NCBI RefSeq assembly: GCF_006345805.1
Contig: NC_042997.1
Coordinates: forward strand, 138,260,001-138,324,000
DNA from: Octopus sinensis
Taxonomy: Eukaryota
Direction: 5' to 3'
DNA: 64,000 nt
The position numbers were made by a program, and so were the translations under genes. Positions within the stretch are counted from its first letter, which is position 1. Every line of letters begins with the position of its first letter. The notes beneath the pieces are model-generated. The model did not search any database. It was given only the letters and a program-made list of their open reading frames with translations, and was not told the DNA's origin. Shown one piece after another: positions 63,726-64,000 of the stretch.

Positions 63726-64000
63726 TTAAAACCTTACCCAAAATATAAATATATTGGTGTGTAAAACCAAGCATAGATGTGTGGCTGCAAAGTCAGAACC
63801 ATATGGTTCTCAGCTCACTTCCATTGTATGGTATCTTTGGCAAGTATCTCTGACTGTAGCCTTAGGCCAACCAATGCATTGTGAGTAAAATTAGTGGATT
63901 AAAAGTAAAAGAAGAATGCTGTACATGTGGATGTGAATTTTGCTGTATGATTAGTACTATGTGAGTAGGAATGGCACAATCTCTGTTCATTAAAGAGTCT

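Overview
AT-rich, microsatellite-dense eukaryotic (animal) genomic DNA. The SINE and LINE families look like those of Octopus (recognised from memory, not by database search). No complete host gene, CRISPR array, rRNA or true tRNA is visible, and most ORFs in the supplied track are microsatellite translations. The window is mostly transposon-filled intronic or intergenic sequence. It contains one near-full-length R4/Dong (RT + CCHC + RLE) non-LTR retrotransposon (10.5-14.5 kb) plus about five decayed relatives, all on the + strand and mostly ending in (TAA)n. It also contains RTE, CR1-like, Gypsy, mariner and Tigger/pogo relics, TTAA-flanked piggyBac-type MITEs, a Helentron-type non-autonomous element and dozens of SINEs. 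The most notable structure is a 145-bp-arm fold-back (474-777) in a (TA)n tract that carries a complete type I hammerhead ribozyme core on each strand with an unusually large stem II, typical of Penelope-like inverted pLTRs. Similar TA-embedded fold-backs occur at 44.0-44.7 kb and 50.3 kb. A CpG-retaining domain (~45.3-54.3 kb) starts at a promoter/first-exon-like site. A few isolated candidate exons are reported at low confidence.
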